DNA of 64,000 nucleotides from an uncultured bacterium (GCA_963736115.1 CAVTNR010000030.1:42347-106346), one strand, 5' to 3'. Shown: positions 10,901-20,140, counted from the first letter of the stretch. Notes: generated from the sequence alone by a model not told the origin. Numbers and translations are program-made.

Positions 10901-11891
10901 GCTCGGACGGGTCCGCGTGGAAGGCGAGGTCCGGAGAGACGGCGTCCGCTGGGAGGACTTCAGCGGACGGGTAAAGATTCAGGCATCCGATTCGAAAAAA
11001 TCCATCCGTTACACGGCCGGATCGGGCGCGTCCGTGAGCTATGTGCTCTCCGGGAACCCCATGTTCCGCGGCGAAAACGAAGTGACGGCCGGCCGCTTCG
11101 CATTTGAATTCATCGTGCCCAAGGACATCACCTACGGCGGCACGCTGGGCCGCCTCTCCGGTTACGCCTGGAACGAATCCACGGACGGATTCGGCGCCAG
11201 GGACGGCTTGATCACCGGCGGCAGCGCGTTCGTGGATGACGGGCAGGGGCCGGACATCCGGATCGGTTTCGATGGGCTTCCGAATTTCATGCCGGGCGAC
11301 ATGGTCGCAGGCGATCCGGTGCTCTCGGCCGAGATCGAAGACAGCCAGACGGGCATCAACCTGACCGGCGAGCTCGGTCACAAGATCACGCTCGCGCTCG
11401 ACGACGGGATGCCGGTCGATGTCAGCGCCTATTTCAGCTACGACGCGGGCAGTTACCTCAAGGGCCGCGTCGTGTACCCGCTGACCGGCGTGGCGCCCGG
11501 CGTCCGCAGTCTCACGCTCAAAGCCTGGGACAATGCGAACAATTCCGCCTCCCGGACGGTGGAGTTTCGCGCCGTGGCGGAGGACGGGCTGATCCTGGAA
11601 AAACTGCTGAATTACCCGAATCCTTTCAGCGACGCCACCCAGTTCACATTCGAGGTCAGCCGGTCCGCGGAAGCCGAGATCCGGATCTACACGGTGGACG
11701 GCCGGCGGATCCGAAGGATCGAAGGCATAGCGGCACAGCCGGGCTTCAACTGGGTGGACTGGGACGGCCGGGATGAGCGGGGGGACGCGTTGTCGAACGG
11801 CGTCTATCTCTACACGGTCACGGCACGGGCCGGAATCGGCGGTCGTAAGGCCGAGGCCTCGGAAGTGGGCAAAATGATCAAGATGCGGTGA
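7944..11891 (+). CDS. porU: PorU-like C25 (gingipain-family) cysteine peptidase with propeptide and C-terminal FlgD-Ig domain
   Basis: LLLFGDGHYDYR, AVGRA, catalytic YTGHA and ATCEFG, KAWDNANNS, NYPNPFS...WDGRD...LSNGVYLY. Confidence 0.88.
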   Translation: MNDLFRKLPVSATAVLLAVGFLTTGRAQDVPVFRLSGSSDRGCTVEFNLFDLEMDSIRTPSGEFIRVGFRGGRAEAETGEPMIPVAIAVIAIPREGGVRVSLQGTDPGPAFEKIRLLPGPRLETEDGLPVEIFEPGSGYAAGGNASEPLFDVSDPQVFGSYRVVHVRFHPVRYDAGNGALTVFSGIRVSAEFEKPAASSGERGPSADEAVYRNVLLNYSEAGTWRKPERPALRRTGRVRRTGEYYKIPISSDAVYSISGAYLKNAGIDITAIDPATLKIYNNGGMALPLPVRDARPDSLVENPIRVIGVEDGRFDASDVLLFYGRGPYGWQTRNRVFEHTLNTFTESNVYWLVFNDGKPGQRIQTAPAPATELTTQTATFTDYQFLQNDKANPIESGTFWYTTLFQTGNPEPVSVPIPAYDPAGNDTPFYRILFKGEDMDDTVTQTFFISVNGRSIGSHRIINAATQLYQFSDPAGLKTAGNTLGVRFSATLQSANGYLGWLEVRYRRNLTARDNQLKFFSPQAGGAWRYRLTGFTAEPAVWDVTDPASIRALSVIAEDGAYWVSDDADSGDVRTYFSRSGSSTPAPPSIEKDVFADLRNPDHGCDLLIVAPAAFMDAAERYARFKRDADSLDVFTADIAEVFDEFGWGIRDPAALRDFVRTAYETWRKQPSFLLLFGDGHYDYRNRLPGSKTNWIPPFEIGGTQTLYSPAVDDWFAWVAGDDALAELAVGRATVESAEQANTVVDKWIRYQSEPDRGDWRSLITIVADDEISPDFSSEMEHVRDSETLAARILPPAFNQRKIYMTEYPVEIQTRRLKPQAEDDLIRQINAGTLIVNYTGHANKTVWAHEWIFQQEASMKRLENGGRLPLFFAATCEFGLFDDPKEQSFCEDLLAAPGAGGIAVIGATRFSFSTENSDLNRAFMDPLLRNLSDPLRIGEAMRIAKVITMNRTNDQKYVIIGDPTLRLAAPRQEMIFTSVEPDTLRALGRVRVEGEVRRDGVRWEDFSGRVKIQASDSKKSIRYTAGSGASVSYVLSGNPMFRGENEVTAGRFAFEFIVPKDITYGGTLGRLSGYAWNESTDGFGARDGLITGGSAFVDDGQGPDIRIGFDGLPNFMPGDMVAGDPVLSAEIEDSQTGINLTGELGHKITLALDDGMPVDVSAYFSYDAGSYLKGRVVYPLTGVAPGVRSLTLKAWDNANNSASRTVEFRAVAEDGLILEKLLNYPNPFSDATQFTFEVSRSAEAEIRIYTVDGRRIRRIEGIAAQPGFNWVDWDGRDERGDALSNGVYLYTVTARAGIGGRKAEASEVGKMIKMR

Positions 11892-11896
11892 CCGGC

Positions 11897-12274
11897 ATGT
11901 ACAGCGGCCTGGTCCTGGATCATTTCAAGAATCCCCGGTGCATCGGGGAAATCGAGAATCCCGACGCGGTCGGAGAGGCGAAGAACGAAGCCGACGGCGA
12001 CCATGTCCGCCTGACACTCCGAATCAGAGACGGGCGCATCGAGGAGTGCCGGGTTCAGGTGATGGGATGCGTGGCCGCCATCGCGTCCGCCAGTTTTTTC
12101 GCGGAATGGATGCAGGGGAAAACCCCCGCCGAGGCCGTTGCCCTGACCGAGGCGCAGCTGGCCGAACGCATGGGCGGTCTTCCGGAGCACAAGATCCGGT
12201 GTTCGCTGACCTGCGTCGCGGCTCTGCGGGACGCGATCGCGAATCCCGAACCTGCGGCGGAAAGCCGTGGGTGA
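11897..12274 (+). CDS. IscU/NifU-N family Fe-S scaffold protein (first Cys replaced by Asp)
   Basis: YSxxVLDHFKNPR, NEADGD, MGCVAAIASAS, LPEHKIRCS; alternative GTG start at 11888. Confidence 0.85.
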   Translation: MYSGLVLDHFKNPRCIGEIENPDAVGEAKNEADGDHVRLTLRIRDGRIEECRVQVMGCVAAIASASFFAEWMQGKTPAEAVALTEAQLAERMGGLPEHKIRCSLTCVAALRDAIANPEPAAESRG

Positions 12275-12932
12275 AACGGAACCACGCGCCGAGAGCGTTC
12301 CGCCGGACGATGTCACTTTCTCGATCGAGAAGCCCGGCCGGTTCGAACTGACGGTCAAGGGATCGCGTTTCATCGGATTCGCGGCGCGTGCCGCGTCCGC
12401 CGAAGCCGCTGAACAATGGGCCGGTTCGATTGCGGAAGAATACAGGGACGCCACGCATTGCTGTTGGGCCTGGCGCGTCGGAGCCGGGGACCGTTCCCGG
12501 TTCCGGACGAATGACGCAGGAGAGCCCTCCGGCACGGCGGGCCGGCCCATTCTGGAGGCCATCGACCGCAGGACGCTTTCGGACACGGTCTGCGCGGTGG
12601 TCCGGTATTTCGGCGGCCGGAAGCTGGGCACGGGCGGGTTGGCGAGGGCCTACGGCGAATGCGCGGGCGGCACGCTCGACGCCGGCGGCCGTATGGAGGC
12701 CGTCATCGAGGCCGCGTTCCGGGTGCGGTTCGGAGCCGAGCGGACGGGCCGGGTGATGGCCGTGATCCGGAGGCATCGGGCGCGTGTCGAAAACCGGGAC
12801 TTTCAGTCCGAAACCGAAATGACCGTGCGGGTAAGGGCCGGCCGCGCCGAAGCGTTCACGGCCGACCTGACCGACGCCACGTCGGGAAAGGCCGTGATTC
12901 TGAGGCTGGAAGCCGCGGACGGGGATGGATAG
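12267..12932 (+). CDS. yigZ: YigZ/IMPACT family protein
   Basis: VKGSRFIG, ATHCCWAW, DAGEPSGTAGRPIL, VRYFGGRKLGTGGLARAY. Confidence 0.93.
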   Translation: MGETEPRAESVPPDDVTFSIEKPGRFELTVKGSRFIGFAARAASAEAAEQWAGSIAEEYRDATHCCWAWRVGAGDRSRFRTNDAGEPSGTAGRPILEAIDRRTLSDTVCAVVRYFGGRKLGTGGLARAYGECAGGTLDAGGRMEAVIEAAFRVRFGAERTGRVMAVIRRHRARVENRDFQSETEMTVRVRAGRAEAFTADLTDATSGKAVILRLEAADGDG

Positions 12933-12974
12933 GTTTCTGCCGCGCGGTTCCGTCCGCAGGCCGAGGAGAATGAA

Positions 12975-13175
12975 ATGTCCGCATGCGACAACCTGAAAAG
13001 CAACTTGAGCCGGTGCAACTGCACCTATGAACCCTGCAGTCGGAAGGGGAAATGCTGCGAATGCCTGGCCTATCACCGACGGGCGGGCGAGCTTCCCGCC
13101 TGTTATTTCACGTCTGAGGTCGAAGCCACGTTCGACCGCTCCGTCGGCCGCTTCATCGCCATGCACAATCGCTGA
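12975..13175 (+). CDS. Small Cys-rich protein (DUF6485-like)
   Basis: [21 protein letters not shown]...LPACYF; GAGGAG RBS. Confidence 0.8.
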   Translation: MSACDNLKSNLSRCNCTYEPCSRKGKCCECLAYHRRAGELPACYFTSEVEATFDRSVGRFIAMHNR

Positions 13176-13238
13176 CGCGCGTCCGGCGCCGCGGAACCGC
13201 GGCCTGCAGGGAACTCCATCAACCAACGGGGAACGCCA

Positions 13239-14030
13239 ATGGATCTCGGCTTGAAAGACAAAGTGGCGGTCGTGGCCGCGTCGAGCAGGGGGCTCGGCAA
13301 GGCGGTGGCCTGGCAGCTCGCGCGTGAAGGCGCGAAGCTGGTCCTCTGCGCCCGGAACAAGGAAAACCTCGAGGCGACGGCGGACGAGATTCTTCTCGAC
13401 ACCGGCGTGACGGTGTTCCCGCTGTCCATCGACCTGTCGGACGGCGATCAGGTCCGCTGGATGGTCGACGAGACCCTGGACCTCTTCGGCCGCGTGGACA
13501 TTCTGGTCACCAATTCCGGCGGGCCGACGCCCGGCGATTTCGACGAGATCCAGGAGGAGGACTGGAAGAAGGCCACCGCTCTCACGTTGTACAGTGTCGT
13601 GCGGCTGATCCGAGCCGTGCTTCCGTCCATGCGCAAGCACAAATGGGGCCGCATCATCAACCTCACGTCGATCTCCGTGAAACAGCCCCTGCCCGGACTG
13701 CTCCTGTCGAACGCCCTGCGTCCGGCCGTGGTGGGACTGACCAAGAGCCTGGCGGAGGAGCTCGCGCCGGACAATATTCTCGTGAACGCGCTGTGCCCGG
13801 GATATTTCCTGACGGATCGCGTGAAGGCCCTGGTCGAGGACAAGGCGTCCCGTTCCAGAAAGCACATTGACAAGATCATCGACGAGATGGTGGGAGAGAT
13901 TCCGCTCGGACGGATGGGGGATCCGAAGGAGCTCGCCGACCTGGTGGCGTTCCTCGCGTCCCCGAGGGCCGGGTACATCACCGGAGCCGTGATTCAGGTG
14001 GATGGGGGGATGGTCAAGAGCCTGCTGTAA
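13239..14030 (+). CDS. SDR family oxidoreductase (FabG-like)
   Basis: AASSRGLG, VTNSGGP, GRIINLTS, YITGAVIQVDGG. Confidence 0.92.
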   Translation: MDLGLKDKVAVVAASSRGLGKAVAWQLAREGAKLVLCARNKENLEATADEILLDTGVTVFPLSIDLSDGDQVRWMVDETLDLFGRVDILVTNSGGPTPGDFDEIQEEDWKKATALTLYSVVRLIRAVLPSMRKHKWGRIINLTSISVKQPLPGLLLSNALRPAVVGLTKSLAEELAPDNILVNALCPGYFLTDRVKALVEDKASRSRKHIDKIIDEMVGEIPLGRMGDPKELADLVAFLASPRAGYITGAVIQVDGGMVKSLL

Positions 14031-14033
14031 ATG

Positions 14034-14169
14034 AGTTCATAGTTCATGGTTCATTGTTCATAGTTGAAGAAAAGATGAAAAATCTTCCGCAAAAAAGAAG
14101 ACGGTAACCTCCTTAAAGGTTACCGTTAATTTTTATGAACCATGAACCATGAACCATGAACTATGAACT
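14034..14169. repeat. Inverted heptamer arrays around a central hairpin
   Basis: (NGTTCAT)x4-5 at 14034-14068, ACGGTAACCT-N6-AGGTTACCGT at 14101-14126, (ATGAACY)x5 at 14135-14169; lies between convergent genes. Confidence 0.9.
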
Positions 14170-14910
14170 TTACAGAAAAAGAGACGCCACCCCCGACACC
14201 GCGACCTGAACGGTCAGGTTGTCCAGCCCGTGGTGGCTGATTGCCTCCACGATCATGGCGCAGAAGCCGCAGGCCAGGGCCATGCGGAGCGCCGCGTCCC
14301 ACCCGAGATGCATCACCCATCCGCACAGAAAAACAGCGACACACGCCGTCCACAGCACGGCCAGGGATCCCTCCAGGCTTCTTTCGGCCTTGATTCCGAA
14401 GAGGGAGGGTACGCGATAACGGTGCCTTCCCCAGGCCGCGCCGACCGGTTCCGCGGCCGCGTCCGCCCAGCCCGTCACGAGATATCCGATGAAGGCCGTC
14501 TGCGGGAACCAGAGATTGGCCGCCACGCCGCCGAGCACAGTGGAAGCGAGGGGTAACAGGATGAATAGCCCTTCATGCGGGCTGTCCTTGGCACGCGCCA
14601 CAGCGTCAAATAGCCCATGGCCCGAGCCTTTCCAGACCGCGAAGGCTACGGCCGCGGCCACGACGATTCCGAAAACCACGGTCATTTTCAGTCCGAAGCG
14701 GAGCTGGAAGATGCAGGCCGCGGAGAATACAATGAAATGGAAAAGTTTCCGGGTATAGGGGACGGTCTCTGATTTTTTCGCCCTCAGCCAGGACACGGCG
14801 GCGGATGCGAAAGCGACCGTCAGCATGGCGAGCGGCAGGAACAGCAGAAGGTCCCGGAACGTGAGGCTGAGCAGGCCGCTCCGGAGAAATTCGTAAAATC
14901 GATCGGCCAT
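14170..14910 (-). CDS. Phytol/dolichol kinase-like membrane protein
   Basis: YTRKLFH, GWADAAAEPVG, RSLEGS, LDNLTVQ; multiple TM segments; start chosen at MADRFY. Confidence 0.82.
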   Translation of the reverse strand: MADRFYEFLRSGLLSLTFRDLLLFLPLAMLTVAFASAAVSWLRAKKSETVPYTRKLFHFIVFSAACIFQLRFGLKMTVVFGIVVAAAVAFAVWKGSGHGLFDAVARAKDSPHEGLFILLPLASTVLGGVAANLWFPQTAFIGYLVTGWADAAAEPVGAAWGRHRYRVPSLFGIKAERSLEGSLAVLWTACVAVFLCGWVMHLGWDAALRMALACGFCAMIVEAISHHGLDNLTVQVAVSGVASLFL

Positions 14911-15121
14911 AATTGATCGTAATATAAACGATTTTTCAGGGGAATGCAAAATCCGGTGTTTTATCGCGATTCAGTGAATCCCGCCTGAGGAAATTTCAAC
15001 AAGATGGAATATTTTTAACTTCTTGATTATTGTACATTTAAAAACACGTGGATTTTAACGTTGGATTTGTTAAATTTAAGCCGGTCGATCACATACCGTT
15101 TCATGGACGGGGAAAACACAT

Positions 15122-16387
15122 ATGCAGATCGCTGGATTGAGGTACGGAGCGCCGCTCCTGAATCTGGTCGAATTTCCGGTGGCCGAACGCCTTGACGGCA
15201 ATGCCACGCGGGACGAGATCCAGCGCATGCTGGATCAGTACGGCAGAATCGTGGTCAAACCGTTTTTTTACGGCGGCATCGGAAAAAAGGGGAAGGCCGG
15301 CCTGGTCCGCGTCGTGGACAATCTGACCGACGCCATGAAAGCCAAGGAGGAGCTGTACTTCGCCAAGCACCGGGTCGGCACGAAGACCGCGCGCGCGAAC
15401 GGCGTCACCTTCGAGGAATTCGTCCAGTCGGAAATCGAGGTCTATTTCGCCATCGACGCCTCCACGATCGAGCGCAAGTCCGTATTCACGATTTCGCCGT
15501 TCGGGGGTGTTGACGTGGAAACGATCACGCCGGACAAAAAACGGACCGTCTGGATCGATCCCTTCATCGGCATCAAGTCGTTCGACCTCACCAACAACCT
15601 GACGGACATCGGCTGTCCCGAGAAGTTCATTTCCCCGCTCGTCCAGCAGCTTCCCAAACTGTGGGCCCTGTACGACGGGTACGGGCTCGAGACCATCGAG
15701 TGCAACCCCATTCTCATGAAGAAAATTGATAACACCTATGTCCCGACGGTGTGCGACATCAAGATCAAGTTCGACCAGGACAATCCCGCGTGGCGCCGGC
15801 TGGGCCTGCCGCCTCTCCTCTTCCAGTCGGAGGTCTCGCCGTTCGAATCGGAGATCAACCGCCTGCGCACCTATCAGGGCCAGAGCGACGTGCTGGAGCT
15901 CAACCCGCAGGGGACGATCATCCCCTTCATGTTCGGCGGCGGGGCCAACACGGCGGCCACCGAGACGCTGGGTGACCACGCGATTTTCTCGTCCGACTTC
16001 GGCGGGAACCCGCCGTACGGTAAAATGTACGAAATCGCCCGCATCGTGTTCAAGCACTGGTTCGACCGTGCCAATGTGATTCTCCTCATCGGCGGAAAGG
16101 CCAACAACACGGACATCTACGTGACGTTCAAGGGGATTTTCGACGCCCTGCGCGACCACGTCGCGGCCCACGGCAAGCGGCCGGTCACGGTCGTGATCGG
16201 ACGGGGAGGACCGAACCTGATCAGCGGCATGATGTACGCCAAGGACATCCTCGACACCCTGAAGCTCCCGCACAAGATGTTCGGCTTCGATTCGTCCATG
16301 ATCGAGGTGCTCGAGTACGCGAAGAAAATGGACGACTGGTGGGGCCGCGAAGGCGCCGACCGGTACCGGAAGGCGGTGGCCAAATGA
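15122..16387 (+). CDS. aclB: ATP citrate lyase beta subunit (ATP-grasp plus citrate-binding domain)
   Basis: VVKP...GKKGKAGLV, GGVDVE, ECNP, FGGGAN, DFGGNP, IGGKANNTDI, GRGGPN. Confidence 0.85.
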   Translation: MQIAGLRYGAPLLNLVEFPVAERLDGNATRDEIQRMLDQYGRIVVKPFFYGGIGKKGKAGLVRVVDNLTDAMKAKEELYFAKHRVGTKTARANGVTFEEFVQSEIEVYFAIDASTIERKSVFTISPFGGVDVETITPDKKRTVWIDPFIGIKSFDLTNNLTDIGCPEKFISPLVQQLPKLWALYDGYGLETIECNPILMKKIDNTYVPTVCDIKIKFDQDNPAWRRLGLPPLLFQSEVSPFESEINRLRTYQGQSDVLELNPQGTIIPFMFGGGANTAATETLGDHAIFSSDFGGNPPYGKMYEIARIVFKHWFDRANVILLIGGKANNTDIYVTFKGIFDALRDHVAAHGKRPVTVVIGRGGPNLISGMMYAKDILDTLKLPHKMFGFDSSMIEVLEYAKKMDDWWGREGADRYRKAVAK

Positions 16388-19116
16388 GACCGCTCGTCAC
16401 CAAGCCGTTTCCCTATTTCGTGGGCGTGTATTCGCTCGAGGAGCTCGTCACCCGCAAGTCGCGCGTATGCGTGATCAACATACTCGGCAACGAGAGCCGC
16501 AAGGTCACGCCCGTGTCCCATGAATACAGCGGCGGCAATGTCGTGGCCGGCGTTCAGTACGGACGCCACGGCGTCCTGGAAACCGGCGCCGGCGACATTC
16601 CCGTGTACCACAGCGTCCGCGACGTGATGAAGCACGGCCATGACTTCGACATCGGCGTCATATACCTGCCCCCCGCCGCGGTCAGTCAGGCCGTCTGGGA
16701 GCTGGTCCGGTTCAACAGCGCGCTCAAGCGCATCGTGATCGTCACGGAAAAAGTCTCGACGCGCGATTCGCGCAACATCCGCGACATCTGCCAGAGCGCG
16801 GGCGTGGACGTCATCGGCGCCAACTGCCTCGGCGTGGCCAATGCCTGGGACCACGTGCGCGTGGGCGGGGCCCTCGGCGGCGACCATCCGGAGGAAACCC
16901 TGCGGAAAGGCACCGTGGCCATCCATTCCAATTCCGGTAATTTCACCTCGACCATCGCCGAGTACCTGAAAGTCACGGGGTTCGGAATCACAACGGCGGT
17001 CAGCTCGGGCAAGGACGTGTACGTGCATTTCGCGCTTCCCGAATTCCTGTACGCCGCGCAGAACGACACGCGCACCAAGGCCGTCGCCCTGTACGTGGAA
17101 CCGGGCGGATATTACGAGAAGATGGCGCTCGACTGGATCCAGGCCCGGCTGTTCGGATTCAGCAAGCCCATGGTGGTCTGCGTCACGGGGAGGTGGAAGA
17201 AGAACCTGGAGCGCGCCTGCGGACACGCGGGCGCCATGGCGGGTTTCGGGAGCGACGCCGAATCGAAGGAAAAATGGTTCGACGAGTATTTCGGCGTTCC
17301 GGTTTTCGACCCCGCCATTCCCAGGGTGAGCAAAAAGGGCGTTCGGATCTCCTCGCTCCAGCATTTCCCGGACGCCATGCGCGCCGTGTACGCGAAAATC
17401 GATGAAAAGCCCGATTTCGAGGCGTCCGGCGATCTGTCGCTCAAGCTCTGGATCTCCGACTCGTTTTTCCCGCTTCCGCCGGAACTGGACCTCCCCGTGG
17501 TGCGCGCCATTCCGCCCTATGACCAGCGCATTCAGGAGAGCAACCGTCTGGTCGGCGCGCATTTCCTGCGCCAGAACATGCGGCACAAGTCCGGCGCCTC
17601 GCGGCTCAACCCCGTGACCCAGGTCGCGGAACTCCACGGCGTGTCCGTGCTCGAACTGTCCCGGAACGCCTTCGAGGACAATGTCTTTTTCTCGCTGACC
17701 AAGGTCATGCCGTCCAACGCCGCGTCCCGGGTTCTGAACCGCGTCCTGTCCGCCCTGGTCCGGATGCAGACGGTCAGGCCCGAGGCGTTCGACGAGGCCC
17801 GGCGGGCCGACTGCGCGCCGAACGCCTTTCTCGCCTCGGTCGCCGCGTCCATCGGAGATCCGCCCCTGGTCCGCGGCGCACGGTCCATGACGGGTTTTCT
17901 CATCGACCTGATGCGCGAACACGGTATCACGGAACAGACTGAAAAACTGCCGGACGAAGCCGCCCGAAAGCTCGAAGCCGAATGCCTGGTCCGAACCGCT
18001 CCGGCCGAGATTCCGGAATGGGCCGGCCTGCTCGAGGCGGCGCTCGACGCGGAACTGCCGCCGTCTCCAGTGACCACGGTCGTCCGCCACATTTCCGCGG
18101 CCCGGGCTTCCGGGAAAGCGCATCTGAAACAGCCGGTCGAGTTCGCCTTTGCCGCGGTCCTGACCGCCCTGTTCTGGAAGCCCATGCTCGAAAAGCGGAT
18201 TTCGCGAGACGTCACGGAAAACGCGATCGCCTTCTTGAATGTCATTGCCGCCCTCGTCCGGCACGCCGTGATCGATCCCGCATCCAACACTTTCTGGAAA
18301 GGGCTCGCAAAGCCGGGAGCGGTTTCCTCCGGATCCGTAAAATTGACGGATACCCTTTTCCGCATTCTCTTCAGCCGGAAACCCGCGGATGTCGAGTCCG
18401 CGGAACTCCAGACCCTGCTCGGCCTCACGGTGACGAACGGGCCCGGCACGCTTTCCGCGATGGGCGCCAAGGAATCGGTGAGCGCACGGAACGCGATTCC
18501 CACGGCCTTCGCCGGATTCCTGACGAATACGGGAATGTCGCACGGCGGAAACGGGTTCGAAGCCGTGGAATTCCTCATCGGGCATTTCATGGACAGCCCG
18601 CTCCGGGATCCGGGTGACCCGAAGGACCCGGCCGACCTGCGGGCCCTGGCGTCCTCGGCGGCCAAATCGTATTTCAAGTACAAGCAGGCGCAGAAAGCGC
18701 TCGAAAACCCGTTGTACAAACGGATCCCCTGCGTCAACCATCCGGTGTTCAAGGGCAAGGACGTGAACATCGATCCGCGCGAGGATTTCATCCGGAAGGA
18801 GATGGCGAGCCACGGCGGGCACAACGCCTTCCTCGAGTTCTACCACCATCTGGTCCGCGAACTTTTCAATGAGGGCGCGACGGAAAACGTGTTCTGCGTG
18901 AACGTGGACGCGGTGCTGGCCTGCGTGGCGCTGAAGCTCATGTGGACGGACCTGCGGGAAAAGCGCATGACGACCCGTCAGGCCCAGGACCTGGTTTTCA
19001 TCCTGTTCCTGCTCGGCCGCGCGGTCGGGACCGCGGCGGAAATCGCGGATCACCGCGACCGCGGCGAGGACATGGACTGCCGGACGCCGCAGAATGAGGT
19101 TGCGTTTGTCCTCTGA
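16384..19116 (+). CDS. aclA: ATP citrate lyase alpha subunit, long form (CoA-binding, ligase and citrate-synthase-like domains)
   Basis: IGANCLG, SNSGN, YVEPGG, phospho-His CGHAGA, HGGNG, NHPVFK..DPRE, NVDAV; ATGA overlap with aclB. Confidence 0.85.
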   Translation: MRPLVTKPFPYFVGVYSLEELVTRKSRVCVINILGNESRKVTPVSHEYSGGNVVAGVQYGRHGVLETGAGDIPVYHSVRDVMKHGHDFDIGVIYLPPAAVSQAVWELVRFNSALKRIVIVTEKVSTRDSRNIRDICQSAGVDVIGANCLGVANAWDHVRVGGALGGDHPEETLRKGTVAIHSNSGNFTSTIAEYLKVTGFGITTAVSSGKDVYVHFALPEFLYAAQNDTRTKAVALYVEPGGYYEKMALDWIQARLFGFSKPMVVCVTGRWKKNLERACGHAGAMAGFGSDAESKEKWFDEYFGVPVFDPAIPRVSKKGVRISSLQHFPDAMRAVYAKIDEKPDFEASGDLSLKLWISDSFFPLPPELDLPVVRAIPPYDQRIQESNRLVGAHFLRQNMRHKSGASRLNPVTQVAELHGVSVLELSRNAFEDNVFFSLTKVMPSNAASRVLNRVLSALVRMQTVRPEAFDEARRADCAPNAFLASVAASIGDPPLVRGARSMTGFLIDLMREHGITEQTEKLPDEAARKLEAECLVRTAPAEIPEWAGLLEAALDAELPPSPVTTVVRHISAARASGKAHLKQPVEFAFAAVLTALFWKPMLEKRISRDVTENAIAFLNVIAALVRHAVIDPASNTFWKGLAKPGAVSSGSVKLTDTLFRILFSRKPADVESAELQTLLGLTVTNGPGTLSAMGAKESVSARNAIPTAFAGFLTNTGMSHGGNGFEAVEFLIGHFMDSPLRDPGDPKDPADLRALASSAAKSYFKYKQAQKALENPLYKRIPCVNHPVFKGKDVNIDPREDFIRKEMASHGGHNAFLEFYHHLVRELFNEGATENVFCVNVDAVLACVALKLMWTDLREKRMTTRQAQDLVFILFLLGRAVGTAAEIADHRDRGEDMDCRTPQNEVAFVL

Positions 19117-20137
19117 CGACCGGTCTCAGCCGCTCGTCGAATGCGTGCCCAATTTCAGCGAGGGCCGCGACTCAGCGGTGATCCGGGCGGTGGCGGATGC
19201 GGCCGCCGGCACTCCCGGCGTACGGATTCTGAACGTCGATTCCGGACCGGACGCCAACCGAACGGTGCTCACTTTCGCGGGTCCAGCCGAAGCCTGCCTG
19301 GAGGCCGGGTTCCGCACGTTCCGGGCCGCGGTTGAACGCATCGACATGCGGAAGCAGAGCGGCGTTCACCCGCGCATCGGGGCTTTGGATGTGTTTCCCT
19401 TTGTTCCGCTCCGGGGCATCGGTCCGGATGCATGCGCGGTTCTGGCCGTCCGTCTGGCGGAAAGGGTCGGGAACGAACTGGGCGTTCCCGCGTATCTGTA
19501 TGAGAGGGACGCGGCCGGGGAAAACCCGAGAAGCCTTTCCGGCCTGAGGGCCGGCGGTTACGAGGGCCTCGAGGCGCGTATGGCTGATCCGGCCTGGGCC
19601 CCGGATTTCGGTCCGGCCCGGTTCAATTCCAGATCCGGCGCATGCGCAATCGGAAGCCGCGGCATTCTGATCGCCTACAACGTGAATCTCGCGGATCCGG
19701 ACCCCTCCACGGCAAGGCGCATCGCGGGCGCCATACGCGAAAGCGGAACGGGCGGAAAGCCTGGGTTGTTCAAAGCCTGCAAGGCCATCGGATGGCGCAT
19801 CGAGAGCCGGGGGTGTTCGCAGGTATCGACCAATCTGACGGATTTCCGTGTCACGGCCCCGCACAGGGTCCATGAAGCCTGCGTCCGGCTGGCCCGAGAC
19901 GCGGGCACATCCGTGACCGGAAGCGAAATAGTCGGCCTGATGCCGCTCGAAGCCATGACCGCGGCAGGGCGTTTTTTTTCAGGGAGTGCGGACTCGAATA
20001 CGGATTCCGCCCCTGCGGAAACGCAGGATGGATGGGTCAAAGATGCAATCCGCGGTCTCGGGCTTGATGACTGGTATCCGTTCGATCCGGACGAAAAAAT
20101 ACTGGAACGGTGTCTGATGCGGGCGGGGTTGATGTAA
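19094..20137 (+). CDS. Glutamate formiminotransferase
   Basis: VECVPNFSEGRD, HPRIGALDVFPFVP, LIAYNVNL, QVSTNL, GSEIVGL; no cyclodeaminase domain. Confidence 0.9.
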   Translation: MRLRLSSDDRSQPLVECVPNFSEGRDSAVIRAVADAAAGTPGVRILNVDSGPDANRTVLTFAGPAEACLEAGFRTFRAAVERIDMRKQSGVHPRIGALDVFPFVPLRGIGPDACAVLAVRLAERVGNELGVPAYLYERDAAGENPRSLSGLRAGGYEGLEARMADPAWAPDFGPARFNSRSGACAIGSRGILIAYNVNLADPDPSTARRIAGAIRESGTGGKPGLFKACKAIGWRIESRGCSQVSTNLTDFRVTAPHRVHEACVRLARDAGTSVTGSEIVGLMPLEAMTAAGRFFSGSADSNTDSAPAETQDGWVKDAIRGLGLDDWYPFDPDEKILERCLMRAGLM

Positions 20138-20140
20138 ACA

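Noticed and set aside
11897-12274. Selenocysteine at the missing IscU Cys
   Set aside because: The codon is GAC (Asp), not TGA
16117-19053. 978-aa antisense ORF (also 9291..11381, 39276..42056, 29124..30503, 34050..35540, 56427..58070, 60230..61966)
   Set aside because: Shadow ORFs opposite well-supported genes in high-GC DNA, with no motifs
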